In this document: piece by piece, positions 27,410-39,767 of the stretch
Layout of the letters: every line of letters starts with the position of its first letter
Position numbering within the stretch: the stretch's first letter is position 1
Origin: Psammoneis japonica
Lineage: Eukaryota
Direction: 5' to 3'
Length of the DNA stretch: 64,000 nucleotides
Assembly: GCA_008632985.1 (NCBI GenBank)
Contig: QPGO01000030.1
Span: 495,135 to 559,134 of the forward strand
Translations under genes and position numbers: made by a program
The notes under the pieces: model-generated
What the model saw: the letters and a program-made list of their open reading frames with translations, nothing else
The model's database searches: none
Told to the model about the DNA's origin: nothing

Positions 27410-27714
27410 ATGGCGTTGCGTCGACCACCAACCAGGATTGAACTGAAAGCCGAAGACGTTGAAGAATATGAGCAGGTACGCATCCTGGTTTTGTGCACCT
27501 CTCGAGCGTTATGTTTGGTATAATTGTTGGCCTAATACGAAGTACCTGTTGTTGCTTTCAGCTGACGAATGAGCGGAGAATGGCGGACGAAGAAGGAGCT
27601 TCTAGCGGCGATAAGAAGAAATCAGCTGACACAGACAGTGGGGATGCAACGGTAGCTCCTGGCAAAAGGAAGCCTTCGGCAGCGGAAAGAATTGGGATTA
27701 GTCGATCAAGATGA
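27410..27714 (+). CDS. CDC26: APC/C subunit CDC26 (72 aa, two exons)
   Basis: Exon 27410-27475 encodes MALRRPPTRIELKAEDVEEYEQ, matching the CDC26 N-terminal motif MLRRKPTRLELKLDDIEEF; GT-AG intron 27476-27561; exon 2 is in frame to TGA. Confidence 0.85.
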
Positions 27715-27980
27715 GAACGATTTTTCAGTTTTTGATGGATGACGGTAATGGGCGACTGCAATGGATATTCAAGCTGCTTTCAGAGTTGTCATGTACGCAC
27801 GATAACGGTGGATCTCCTTGAAGCTACATATCAGCGGGTGGCATGAAACTAAAGATAGAATTTTCAACCGTTGTGCTAGAACTTATGAAGCAGTCGTTCG
27901 AATTCTGGTGGGAATCACTCGGTTTCAGGCAGACAGTGGATTGAAACCAAAGTACAGGCTTTCCTAAAATGAATGGAGCA

Positions 27981-28616
27981 CTAATCTAAAAAATAGTTGG
28001 GATCGTTGAGATCCACGCTATCGGGAAGGGAATCGGACACCTGCGTAAATGTTCCTGTGCCTTGCAGACCGATTGTTTGACCTAACCACCCTGGCCCCAA
28101 CAAGTAGTTCGCCGTGAGAAAGAATGCGATAGCCCCCGCAAGGATATAAGTAAAAATATTGACGCCAAGGAGCTACAAGAAGACAAGGAGACGATGGATT
28201 CTGAGTACGGTAAGAGCGAAGTAGCCCACACAAAGTTTGTGTCAATTATGTGTCGGTACCTGTTTGACAACGAGCCATTTTGGCGGCTGTCCAGTGTCTA
28301 CATCTTCCCATATTTCGTCGGATAGCTCAGGGTCGTCGTTACCCCGTACAATGACGGGAGCATGGCTTTGTTTAGTATGCTCAGAGTCGCTCTCGTCACC
28401 GTTTGAGGCCGCCATTCTCGTTCCGAAAGCAACCGAGTCACAGTTCGACACCTTCCCGCCTGACGAATGGCACCGCGCCAATGGCGACAAATTTGGCATT
28501 TGGTAGAGTCTTCTCCTATTCATATACCCCATGTGCGTGTACCCCTTGCATTTCGAAACGCCAACCAGAAGGAACCAGAAGGGAATGACGGTTGCCGATC
28601 GAGCCACAAACACCAT
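27981..28616 (-). CDS. Small single-pass membrane protein, probably plastid-targeted, function unknown; two exons
   Basis: Signal-like N-terminus; exon 1 ends GQPPKWLVVKQ; after intron ~28173-28259, exon 2 reads LLGVNIFTYILAGAIAFFLTANYLLGPGWLG...PNYFLD*. Confidence 0.7.
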
Positions 28617-29025
28617 ACTTGATTCGACTATTCCATCCGCCTTACGGTATGACAACTTATGACACAATACTGTAACGAGGGTGGAAGATGCTTCTTGAAT
28701 TGGGCAACGGCTGCAAAGGCGTGGTGCGATGTCTGTTGACTGTTGATGCAGATGTCAGATGTTCAATGTCTTGCCCATAGCGCCGCTTCAAGCAAAAAAA
28801 TGGAATCGAAAAATCCGACGATGATCTTCCGGCATCTGCGAGCTCGCGAGGTCTGTGTTTCCCGTCACATTTTTTCTCCCGCGCAAAATCCGAAAAATCT
28901 GAATGATCCTCCACTTGGCACACTTGGAACGCAAAGAGCGGATGACACTTTTTTTGTGAAGGCATCATCGTTATTGCGGCCAAGAACCATTTCCGTGAAA
29001 AGAAGACGCAGAGTGCTCTGTAGGA

Positions 29026-30058
29026 ATGAAGACATCCCTGATATTTGCTTTCCTGGGGCTTTCCCTTTCTTTGAACTCGGTTGTGCACTCTCAGGAGGCT
29101 GCGAGCTCGTTGAATGCAACAACGGAAGCTACCCATACGGAAGAGGATACGAAAGATTCAGCGGAACCTGCGCTCAAAGACTCGGAGAGTGTAAATAGAG
29201 AGTCTGATACTCTGGCTTCGGATGGCAAAGAAAAGTCTAATACAGACGCAGGAAACGTTACAACAGAAAACTTGGGTGATAATGCTACTGACGCCACGGT
29301 AACAGATGCAGAAAGGGAGACTCAGCCGGATACGAAGAAGGAAGAGCCGCCTATCCAGTCTGGTCCTTTTATCGATCTCTTCGGCCCCACATTGCTCTCC
29401 CTTCAGATGGTCAATGAAAGTCGTGCGCAATTAAAACCGCACTACACAAACGAAGCCCTTGAGGGGAAAAAGGTAGTTGGGCTCTATTTTTCAGCTGATT
29501 GGTACGACCGCCGTCTTCTTGCCTCGATTCTCGTCTTCCATGTTGTTTTCTTCGCCGTGTCTCTGGTTGCTAATCTCGTCCTTTCCCCTTTCTAGGTGTG
29601 GGCCTTGTAGGAAGTTCACCCCTGACTTGGTCTCATTCTACAACAGAATCAATGCTCGGCGCGGCAAAACAAATCAGTTTGAAATTGTTTGGATTTCGCG
29701 GTGCAGGGACTATAACTCATTCGGCAATTACTTCACAAATATGAACTGGTTAGCACTGCCACCTGACTTAGCAATGGGACAGCATGGACAAGCTCTCTCT
29801 GAAAAGTACAAAGTGCAAGGAATCCCGTCACTCGTTCTTCTGGACGAAATTGGGAATGTCATCACGACTGATGCGAGGAATAAGATACCTAACGACAAGA
29901 CTGGAATAGGCTTCCCTTGGCGAAGTCCCATTGCGACTTTGTACATGACTGTTCTTCCTAGAAGTCTGAGAATGATTATCAGGTCACGTGTTGTGACTAT
30001 GAAAGAAAAGCTCGTGGGCACCATCAAAGGGATGCGGAAGTCAAAAGCTACTGCATAG
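29026..30058 (+). CDS. Nucleoredoxin/tryparedoxin-like thioredoxin with signal peptide; two exons
   Basis: GLYFSADW|CGPCRKFTP, with the active site split by intron 29502-29595; FEIVWIS; KYKVQGIPSLVLL. Confidence 0.9.
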
Positions 30059-30271
30059 TATGTGAAGTAAACAAGTTCTAAATCTCAGGCTAAAGTTCTT
30101 TATCTGAAGACGTTATTCCCAATGCCAGTCCCACCATGCAGCGAGTCACCGCGATAAGGCAGTACTATCATGAACCGATCAGCATATTATTATGTATCAA
30201 TAACGTGACGGGAATGCGAAGGTCAAAAGCTATTGCATATGATGTACGTATGGGAAATTCTTATTCTCACG

Positions 30272-31657
30272 CTAAAATTCTTCATCTGACGACGTTATTC
30301 CCAATGATTCGTAAATTTTCCCAATCTTATCATACTGGTCGATGATATCAAATAGTGTTTCTTTGCGTTTGTCGACATTACCCTGCAAAAATAGCGGGTC
30401 ACCGCGAGAAGGCAGTACTACCGTGAACCGATCAGCATATGTCTCAACAACGTGACGAGCCGATTCCATCTGCCGTGCCATTCCTGCTTTGCTTGTAGTA
30501 ATATAACCTCTACAATCCAGCAAAGGGCCAGCATTCTCTAATCCATAATTTTCTTCCGCTCTCGTGTCTTCTACGGGGATTGTGAAACCAGAACAGCAGA
30601 CGCCTGTTTGTGGAAATATGTATGTGAGGCTACCAAATGTGTGGCCAGGCGTGTAGATGGCCAATGCTCGCTTATCTTCCTCACGCGATCGAATTGACTC
30701 TGGTGTGTAAAGCTCGTCATCCGAGATAGCATCGTCTATTTCCGGGGGAGCCTCTCCTTTGTCAAAGACATTTGCAACCGTTTCGTCATCCCATTCCTTG
30801 TAAGTCAGTGGACGCCCTGTTTCCACAAAAGAAACGTTCTTGGGCGTTTCTTCCAAAGCCCATGGACCGTATCCATCTAGTCGCTGAGTAACCGACTCAC
30901 GACAGTCACGAGGCAAGTCAAGCCGATAAACCACAACTTCTACACCTGGAAACGCTTCCTTCCATTTCTCTAAATCAGACCTGCGTGTTGTGAACACTGC
31001 CGGGGCTTCGTCATAATGAATGGCATCTCGACTGGTCACCAAGATTGTCGCGAGCTGTGCATCTGACCCCATGAATTCTCTCATACGTTTTGCAAGGTCA
31101 TTAGAGTACGGCGGTACATCAGTTAAGGCAAACCTCTTTCGCGATGGATTCTCGGAGGGCACTCGTTCTGTCTGACGGGAAGGAGGTGACGACAAGTCCA
31201 CAAGATAACGAACAGGATCAAAGGTAGTTTTTGACACAAACGTTACAATCTGAGCCACCCCGGGTAACCCTTTAACAGGAACAAATTCAGAGAAGAATCG
31301 ACCTACTTGCGCTTTCTCCAACTCATCCGTCACTGACACACCAGTACTAGGAATGTGAACATTTCCAAGCTCGTTTTCATCGCCGGAACGATAGCTTGGT
31401 AGATCTTTTTCTGAGACATCTGGTTGCGCGTTCTGAAGCCAACTCATGTCATCATCAGTAGTTCCATCTTTACTTGCTAACAACGAGCTGCCGCCTGTTC
31501 CGGCAGTGGGAGAAATTGCACATCGAATAAAGCATCGCGGATGTTTCGAGGCGACAAAAGACTGTACTTGCACAGGCAGGGCAAAGAAAGCCATCAACAC
31601 GGATGTATATAGAAAGGCTGCATAGCTCAACAGAATCTGTTGCCTTGACGATGACAT
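30272..31657 (-). CDS. Metallo-beta-lactamase-fold-like protein, probably plastid-targeted
   Basis: Signal peptide then QSF; IYTPGHTFGS and VLPSRG motifs; ATG at 31657. The ORF-track extension upstream runs into repeat DNA. Confidence 0.65.
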   Translation of the reverse strand: MSSSRQQILLSYAAFLYTSVLMAFFALPVQVQSFVASKHPRCFIRCAISPTAGTGGSSLLASKDGTTDDDMSWLQNAQPDVSEKDLPSYRSGDENELGNVHIPSTGVSVTDELEKAQVGRFFSEFVPVKGLPGVAQIVTFVSKTTFDPVRYLVDLSSPPSRQTERVPSENPSRKRFALTDVPPYSNDLAKRMREFMGSDAQLATILVTSRDAIHYDEAPAVFTTRRSDLEKWKEAFPGVEVVVYRLDLPRDCRESVTQRLDGYGPWALEETPKNVSFVETGRPLTYKEWDDETVANVFDKGEAPPEIDDAISDDELYTPESIRSREEDKRALAIYTPGHTFGSLTYIFPQTGVCCSGFTIPVEDTRAEENYGLENAGPLLDCRGYITTSKAGMARQMESARHVVETYADRFTVVLPSRGDPLFLQGNVDKRKETLFDIIDQYDKIGKIYESLGITSSDEEF

Positions 31658-31748
31658 GATCCAAAGTGATGGTGCTATTATACCGAGAGAAGATTTTAGA
31701 TTTTTGGATTTGAACTGTGTTGTTGTGTGTTGTGTGTTGGCAGCAGTT

Positions 31749-32739
31749 GGCACAGGCCCGCCCATTGCGCACTCCAAAACCCCAAATTGCGCACCTTTTT
31801 TTGGCACTTTGCGCAGTACGTACAATTCTGCGTGTCTCTGGTGCTGGACGACGGCAAGACGCACGACAATCCAATTGAACGAGAGTTCAACCGCCCTGCA
31901 TTCATTGTGAATTTCAAAGAGGAGCTGAAGGTGTACAAGGAGAAGACTGATGAAATAGATGATGACCATTGGACTGCTCTTGAAGGAGCGGACGAGCATG
32001 ACACCACGCTTGCATTGAAAAAGCAGGAAGAAGCTGGAGAGGAGCGCGGTCGCCCAAGCAACCTTGAAGAACACATGGGCCAGCCAACTGGCTTGGAAAG
32101 AAGATCATGCAGAGGTTGCAAGGAGGGTTTGGGAATGGTGGCGTGTTCACCATGAGAAGCACTCATCCATGTCTGAAGCCAAACGTCTAGCTGGTGGTCC
32201 TCGTGCAACTTTCCAGTGCTCCAGTCAAGAAGCGAGCAAGTTTTTCTCACACACAGCTCTCAAGCACATGTTGTTGAGACAGCCCAGCACAACACGTTGC
32301 ATGATGCCATTTTGTTGCATCTTTTTTCTCATTTGCACAAGGGACATGATGTCAATTGAGACTGTTGGCAGTGCTGCAAGAGAAGCCCAGAGTCGAGAGA
32401 GCTCTCTTCTCAGCTCAAGCGCGCTGCTTGCATGATGCAATTTTGTTGTGTTTTTTTTTCTCGTTGGCAAAAGGGGTGTGATTTAGTGGCAATGCAGTGC
32501 AGCAGCAATGTGATTAACATGATGCAGTGGCAACATGATGTGCCAGCAATGTGATGCAGCAAAATGCAATCAAGAAGCAATGGACGGTGTCATTGCCGCG
32601 GTGCCGGTGACAAAGCACAGCTGCGCTGAACCTGGTGCTGCGCCACGTGCATTCCACACAGTGCACACTCTGCGCAATGCGTTGCGCATTCTGCTGACAG
32701 AAAATCCCCATTTTGTGCACTGCGCAATGGGCCTGTGCC
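31749..32739 (+). mobile_element. Non-autonomous hAT-like DNA transposon remnant
   Basis: Inverted ends GGCACAGGCCC(GCCC)ATTGCGCA / TGCGCAATGGGCCTGTGCC, flanked by CAGTT on both sides; internal frameshifted peptide VWEWWRVHHEK..MSEAKRLA / VVLVQLSSAPV..FS resembles the hAT C-terminal dimerisation domain. Confidence 0.6.
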
Positions 32740-35700
32740 CAGTTGTGTGTTGTTGTGTGTGGTCCCAGGTTGTTGTGTGTGGTGTGTTGGGGGGCTTCTT
32801 TGGAAGTGAGATCGTCGAAGGCAGTCTGATCACCAGTGCATTTGGGGTTTTTTCCCAGTGCAATTTGCACACACAAGAAAACACGCAGGATCTGTGCAGA
32901 GGTCCCAAACACCCAATCGCACTGATTGACAGACTGTTTTTGCACAAATTCTACGTGACTTTCTTCGACAGTCTCGTTTCCGAAGAACGTCCCCAAGTGT
33001 GGTGTGCTCTCATCTCATCTCAGTGCGGAAAAAACGGTCTGTCCTCTTCCTTCCGGTCTGTCCTCTTGGAAGAGCAAACTGTGCAAAACCACTCTTGGTG
33101 TGGCTTCCCGTTGTTTCACATGCAAGCCCCATCTGCTGGCATCGGTCAGAAGGTTGACAAAGATCTTTGCGAAAACAGCGGGACAAAAGAGGGTTGGCAT
33201 CATGGCACAATTGGGGGCCAAAGACAGCACATGGCCATTTTCTAAAAAAATCTGCAGTTTGAGAATTTACACAGATTTCTTGTCATTGATTGTCCTCATT
33301 GATGTGCGATTTTTACATTGTGCATTTCCAATGAATGCCTGCATGCAAAATGCAAGCAAAGGCAAAACAACAATGAATGAGAGCTTTTGGGCCTACATCA
33401 TTCGACAAGAGCATGCATTGCAGACTCACCATGACAATGGCAAAGTGTTTGACATCACATGCCAAAAAAGCTGTGCAAATTTCTTGGTGCACTGCCATGC
33501 AGTCTGTCCTGATGGAGCAAAAAAGGCCCTTTTTGTGACAGTGGCAATGGCACTCAGAACTGTGAGCCTGGCAAATGCAGGCATGGCTGGGAGCATGTCA
33601 GTTGACAATGTTGGAGGACACAAGAAGCGCTGCACAGTGAAAAACCAATCGATTTTGGAGACAAAATTGACTTTTGCAAAGACGCCAAAAGGCAGAGGAC
33701 AGACCGGTTTTTCACTTGCACATGAAGTGATCAGCCCCGCCTGCATCAAACAATCAGAACTCAATGGGTGTGTGTTGATGGCACGGCTGATGACAATGAC
33801 TTTCGCCAGAAGGCACACTCATTGCACGCGGCAGGCATTTGGCTGGTCTTCATCTGCACACAAACAGTCTGCTTTGTGCATCACATGCAGCCAATTCAAT
33901 GAAGTGGTGGCACCAAAATGCCGCCAAAGAACAGCCTGCTGTCAATCTCAAAGAAGCGGTGGCACCAAAATGCCAAAGAAAAGCCTGCTGCCACAAAGCC
34001 ATGCAACACCCCTGCTGGGCAAGCAGCACAGCTTGGCTCACTGAGCAGGAGATCAGGTGGGTGAGCGAGGATGCTGCAACGCCACAAATGACTCAGTGGA
34101 CTGCAAAAATGTCCTGAACACAGACCTTGTCTGAAGAACAATGATCGCCACAGTGAGGGCGAGTCAGCTCCCAAAGATGTGTGCACTGTCAGAGTCATTC
34201 TGGGTGCATCAAGATCAAAAAAGGTTGCAGCAGCATTTGCACAAATGCATCTCCCAGCAGCTTTGCCTGCAGAAACAGGTTTCCCAGTCAAAGCTGCCAA
34301 CACTTGGCCCAACAATGCACTTGCAACACGCCCACAAACAAAGAGGCTCTTGTTCAGCATCTGTGGCTCATTTGAAGCTCAGCCAGCAAGCAGCAGCATT
34401 GCCATTGCTCAGTTTGCTCAACTCTGCCTTGAACAATGCTTTTGTTTGTGAAGTGGCAGCATTCTCTTGCCAGCACCAGCACGGAACTTTGCTGTCACAC
34501 ATTGCATTGTTTGCACCTGCAAGTGCAACAAAATGGGGAAAGTGGTGAGACATGCCTTGTCTGGAGATGTGGGTCATGAGGCATCATCAGTGCGCAGCAT
34601 GCAAAATCCTTCCCCTCCCCCCCCCCCCCCCTCCAACTAAAAGCCCACTGACAACTCCAGCAATGGCCGACATCCCAGGGACAGACAATCTGACAATCCT
34701 GCCCCAAACACCAAAAGATGTCCTGCCTTGTGTGTGACATTGCGCGCAAATTGCAGAGACTCTTGGTTTGTGCATGCAAGTGCAAACTCCATTTTCTTGC
34801 CTGAAGGTCTGGGGACTCACCTGTTGCATGCACATGACCTGTGGAGCATGCGCGCCATTCTGTGGACAGGAAAATGCTCAAGCACAGCCATGAGACAACT
34901 CTGACCCTGGTCGGCCATTTCACTTTGCACACAGTTGAAAAGAACGCACCACTTGCTGCAAGCATCGCTGGCAAGGGTGAGCTGTGCACACTTGGCTGGC
35001 AAAGCTGTTGCAGCACATCACAAAGACATGTGCTGCTCCTTGCATCTGGTGCCAAGTTGACAGCTGTGGGTGCTGTGAAAAACCCCACTGTGCAACCCAA
35101 GGAAGAGAAAAAGAGCCACATGAAAAGTGCCACAAAGTTGAAGAGCTTGGCCCAGCCAAGGCCCTGCAAGTGGCAAAAGTTGACATTCCAAGAACACTGT
35201 CATGTCAAACATGGTCTCATGTGCCTGATGTTGCACTCTTCTTGCACTTCTGACTCAGATGACCATTTGTTTGTGAGCAGGGCGGGAAGTTCACAGCAGC
35301 GGCACGGCATCATTCTCAGCAGCAGGCACAGCTGGCGGCACAAGTCATGAGTTGTTTTTGTCTCAGAGCCCAGCGCTTTTGTGTGGGCTGGGCACCAAAC
35401 AATGTGCACACAGCTCATGGCTGTGTGCAAGAGACCTTGTGATTTGTCCAAAAAAAATTCTCCCCTGGGGGCGAGGCACAGCTGGGGGTGCCCCAAGAGC
35501 CTGTTTGTCTTCTTTTCATTTCTGAGCTCAGCAGCTGGTCTCTTCTCAGCCAGCGTGGCAGCCCTGCTTTGGCCCAGACAGACTGCAAGAGCTGTGCATT
35601 TTCTTTTGCAGCCAGTGCACACACAAAATGTCCCAAAGGGGCAGGCAGCTTCAAAGCTGCTGAAGCCCGAAGCTGAGCACCGGGCATGCTGCACAGCTGC

Positions 35701-36040
35701 GGGGGTGAGGGCACCCTTCTTTGTTGGTGTGCAAATGATGTGCAGTTTTTCTCCCTGCCCTCCCTCCCTCCTTTCCTCCTTGGCCTGCGCCACCGCTGCC
35801 CTCTGACGATGCCCAAATGAGAGCGCCGCACATTGACGCCGCAAACTTTTGTTCAAAACAAGGCAGCAAAGGATGCCGCAGCTTTGTCGCCACACTTCCA
35901 CAAGCTCCCGGTCATTGTGGGCCATTGCCACGCACGTGCAATGCTGAAAAACAAGACCGAAACACGACAGTTCCCACATCTGTCCTCGAGACCCAACGCG
36001 TGCGTGACAAACGTTTTCCCAAAACACGCAACAAAAGAAT

Positions 36041-36098
36041 GTGCATCCGCAGGGATTCGAACCCTGGAGTGCGAATGCAGCAGTGCTTGAAACCCGCC
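36041..36098 (-). pseudogene. tRNA-Leu(CAA) 3' fragment
   Basis: Reverse complement contains the TTCAAGC anticodon loop, variable arm, GGTTCGAATCC T-loop and 3' acceptor strand; the 5' half is missing. Confidence 0.8.
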
Positions 36099-36324
36099 AT
36101 TGCTGGAGGGCACCTGTGGATGGATCTGGATTGAAAATGATGCTGCTGTCCACAAGTCATCAACAAAACCAAACTGCGGCACAGCACAAAACTTTGCAAC
36201 AATTTGGAACGAAACACTTCACCGGAATGGTCTGTGGATTTCTTTGTCAGCAGCTTCGTTGTCTCCAGAGTCTGCGCAAATGTGCGAAAATGTGGGTGCG
36301 TTTCATTGTTGAGTTCAATCCTTC

Positions 36325-38900
36325 AACCTTCAATTGTAAATTTACAATGCTCAGCTCAATCCTCAAACATGTGCGGATTTGACGGACAGGTCGGGTTGCA
36401 CGCTTCATGCTCATCCACGCAGAAGAAATCCACTGAACTGATCTTTTGCAAAGTGCGATGCAACTTGTTGCAATTCTTCACACGAGACTGCAAGCAGAGC
36501 GGCATGAAACCGACTTCCTTGTTTGCCAGCTCGTGGAGTGAAGCTTTGTCCATTTGTTGAGCAAGTGAAAGCACTTGCCAAGAAGCACCTTCTGTGTCAA
36601 CACGAGATCAACACGCTCAGCAATGGATTCGTCGATTGAGCCTAGAATCGCTTGTTCTTCCCTCGATTTTTTGCCCATCTGGCAGAAAGGACGACTGCGC
36701 TTGCAAAACTTAATGGACAAGTTCCAGGTCCAGGTGTGACCTCACACTGCTGAACTGTGACATCGACAGTTTTTTGAATCACGTCGCATGTCGCGCGCGC
36801 AGATTTCTGTGTGATTTTTTCGACATTTTGTGTCATTTTGTGGCACACATGTTGAGCGATCCGTCCAACAACTTTTGACATTTTTTGTTACAGTGCGATT
36901 CCATGATGTCTTAAGAATCGCGCAGGGCAGGCGCATTTGCAAAAACACCAAGTGGCAAGAGGCACAATTGCACCACAAACTTGGCCACTTGTTTGATGTT
37001 GAAGACAAACACATCCATTGATTTGGTTCTCGTCCTGCGGAGCTCGCACGTAGAATTCTGCAGGCCCAATGTCACATGGAGTCCCACCTGGGGCTGGAAC
37101 CCATCAATGCGGAATTGCTCGTTGTCCTCAAGGCACTGGCAGAACTCACGATCCTTTTGAGCCAAGATGCTGACTTTTTCAAAATGCAGGTCGTCGCTCG
37201 GAATGCCTTCAATCAATGCACTCACAGCAGCACGACAACACGTGTCCAATCTGCATGCCTTCCGAACTTGAACTGCCTCTTGAAGAATTCCTGATTCTTT
37301 GCATCGTCGATTTCATCAATGAAAGCTGGGACGTCTTGGGTGGGCATGGTTGAAACAGCGAAGGGGGAAATTGTGCGCGAATGTTGGTGGTCGGCGGTGT
37401 GTGTGTTGGTTTTTTGCCTTTTGTTCCGGCATTCTGCTGCTGCTTGTGCTGGCAGCAGTGGGAGTGGCAACTGCCGACAGCTGCTCTCCAGCAGTGGAGA
37501 GCTTCTTTTAGCAGCAGAGAGTGCATGCACCACAGGGGCAGTCGCAGAAACTGTCTCGCACAGCATGCAGATGCAGCACTTCTGTTGATGTGCGCGTGTT
37601 CGATCGCAGGCAGAAACCATGCATGTCTGCACCAAACAAAATCCGGGCACGACAGCACAATGCGCGATGATTCACCACATGCAGAAATCAATGAAAATCT
37701 GTGCCAAACCAGTTCTGATGGGAAGCTCACAGGTCAACTCCACACAAACTGTTCTCATGCAACCAAAGACATCAGTGCCATCTTGACAAAGACCACTCGT
37801 TGTTTGCCTTCGCAGAAGGAAGACATGGAAAAATTGAGGGATCAAGTCCACCATTGTGACAACCGCTGGACCAGGAAGGAGAAAGACAAGCATTGGAGTT
37901 CACTCAAGCGGGGTCACCAGCACTCGTTTCAGTCCGGTAAAAAACAACGGAATGTTGGCTGCACTCCTTGTCCATCCATTCAACAGATCTGCACGGAACC
38001 ACTTTGGAGGGACCCAAAAAATCTGGCTTGCCTTCCGGAATCCCACCGTCCAGTGGGGCTCAAAAAGGATCTCATGATCAGCAGAAATGCCTTGTTGGTG
38101 AAAGCTGCATGCCTCCGCAGGTGCAACATCTGCGCTGCTGTCATTGACCCTGTTGGCAAAGAACATTTGACTGTCAAAAAGTGAGTGTGCTGTCATCAGG
38201 GTTCTCAACTGCATGCCCCAAACTGTCTTTTCTTGCCCCTTTTCCATTGGTGTGTTCCTCACTCTGTTTGTTTTGTGGCAGGTGTGAGGATTGCCACATG
38301 CACTTGCTTGAAAAAATCTTGTTTGCCTTCCACCCATGCAGCAAGTGGTCTGGTGTGAATCCCAACGAAGCTGCTCTTGCTGTCAAGCGCGCCATTGCGG
38401 AAAAGCACTCTGTGCCGGAGGTTGCTTCCGTGATTGATGGTGATCACACTGCGGACGACAATGATTTGAGTGCAGAGCACAATTGCAAAACTGCGGAGTG
38501 CTCCAGCAGGGTTTTGACTGCTCGTTTGCGTCGTTTTCAAGAAGTCGAACTTGGCGCCATGGCGTTCATTCTTGTCACAGATCATCATCGCAAGATGATT
38601 CACGAGCATGACTCTGCACGCGCCACGAACGAGTTCCGAGCTCTTTGCAAATGGCACAAGGAGGCTGCGGAACAGCATGCTCAGACTTTGAATGTCGACG
38701 AGCCAGAGACATTTGCAGCTCCTCTCCGTGACCCCAGCCGCGGTGGTTGCCACTTCAATCACTTGGGTTTCCTTGGAGCTGTTCTCCCTCATTGGGAGCA
38801 CAAATCTGTTGAGCTCAATCTCCCGGAAATCACAATGGAGAGTCCATTCCTCCAGGATCTCTCTCGCACCCATGCGAGCCAGTTGCTTTTCAGGAGACAG
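36325..38900. pseudogene. Copy A of a duplicated unit with two divergent orphan genes (minus ~36350-37345; plus ~37760-38900 with intron 38181-38281)
   Basis: Aligns block by block with 40340-42530; frameshifts and Tyr loss; gtgagt...gcag intron conserved in both copies. Confidence 0.7.
36715..37105. mobile_element. ~400-bp MITE-like insertion in copy A
   Basis: Absent from copy B at the matching site (~40728); imperfect inverted ends gttccaggtccaggtgtgac / gtcccacctggggctggaac. Confidence 0.5.
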
Positions 38901-39354
38901 CAGTGCACCAAAAAAGAAACGGCTGGCCTCCACAACGTCTGCTGCAGATCAACGGTTGTTCGTTGCTTGTTTGTGTTGCATTGGGAGCAGCACATCGTGC
39001 TCTTTGTGGCAGCAACACATGCAATGGACAACATGGCATCAGCTCTGCTCGTGCCCATCAGCATCGTGACATTTTGCCGTTTGCATCTGCTGGAGCAGAG
39101 GCTGCAACGGCCAAATTGAACGCAAAGGGGAGTTGAGAGATTTCTGTTCGAGGTTGTCGTTCTGTTGGCAACTCAATTTTAAGCCAGTCGAGCTGTCTCT
39201 TTCTCTGTGGTTTCATCTTTTCTCTGGAGTCTGTCATGCATTCTGGCGGTGGCGTGCCTTCGCAACAAAGACGTGCATGTGCATGACTTCCGTCCAGCCC
39301 CCCGCACGCCAGTTCGACTTTTCATGTGTTTTTTTTTCAGTTGAATGTGCAAAC

Positions 39355-39684
39355 GCATCTGTGCCCGAGTTGGTCTAAGGGGGCAGACCCAAAAAATGAA
39401 GTTGTGATTCCTTGTGGAAAACAGTGGCAGCAAAAGTGCATCCGCAGGGATTCGAACCCTGGCGTGCGAATGCAGCAGTGCTTGAAACTGCCCCCATCTG
39501 TGCCCGAGTTGGTCCAAGGGGGCAGACCCAAAAAATAAAGTTGGGATTCCTTGTGGAAAACAGTGGCAGCAAAAGTGCATCCGCAGGGATTCGAACCCTG
39601 GCGTACGAATGCAGCAGTGCCCGAGTTGGTCTGTAAGGGGGCAGACCCAAAAAATAAAGTTGTGGAAAACAGTGGCAGCAAAAG
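39355..39684. repeat. Tandem array of tRNA-Leu fragments: plus-strand 5' halves alternating with minus-strand 3' parts
   Basis: Three gtgcccgagttggtc..aagggggcagaccc units, each followed by a shared spacer ending ggaaaacagtggcagcaaaa and then gtgcatccgcagggattcgaaccctgg. Confidence 0.8.
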
Positions 39685-39767
39685 TGCATCCACAGGGATT
39701 CGAACCCTGGCGTATAAATACAGTTGTGCTTGAAACAACCCCCATAGACCAACTCGGGCATAGATGC
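39685..39767 (-). tRNA. trnL-CAA: tRNA-Leu(CAA), apparently intact
   Basis: GCATCTA/TGGATGC acceptor stem plus discriminator A; D-arm CCCGAGTTGGTCTATGGG; GTTGT-TTCAAGC-ACAAC anticodon arm; GTA-TTTA-TAC variable arm; CAGGG-TTCGAAT-CCCTG T-arm; TTTT terminator immediately downstream. Confidence 0.85.

Noticed and set aside
31658..32074. N-terminal extension of the 30272-32074 ORF
   Set aside because: It reads antisense through the hAT-like remnant; the signal peptide begins at the ATG at 31657.
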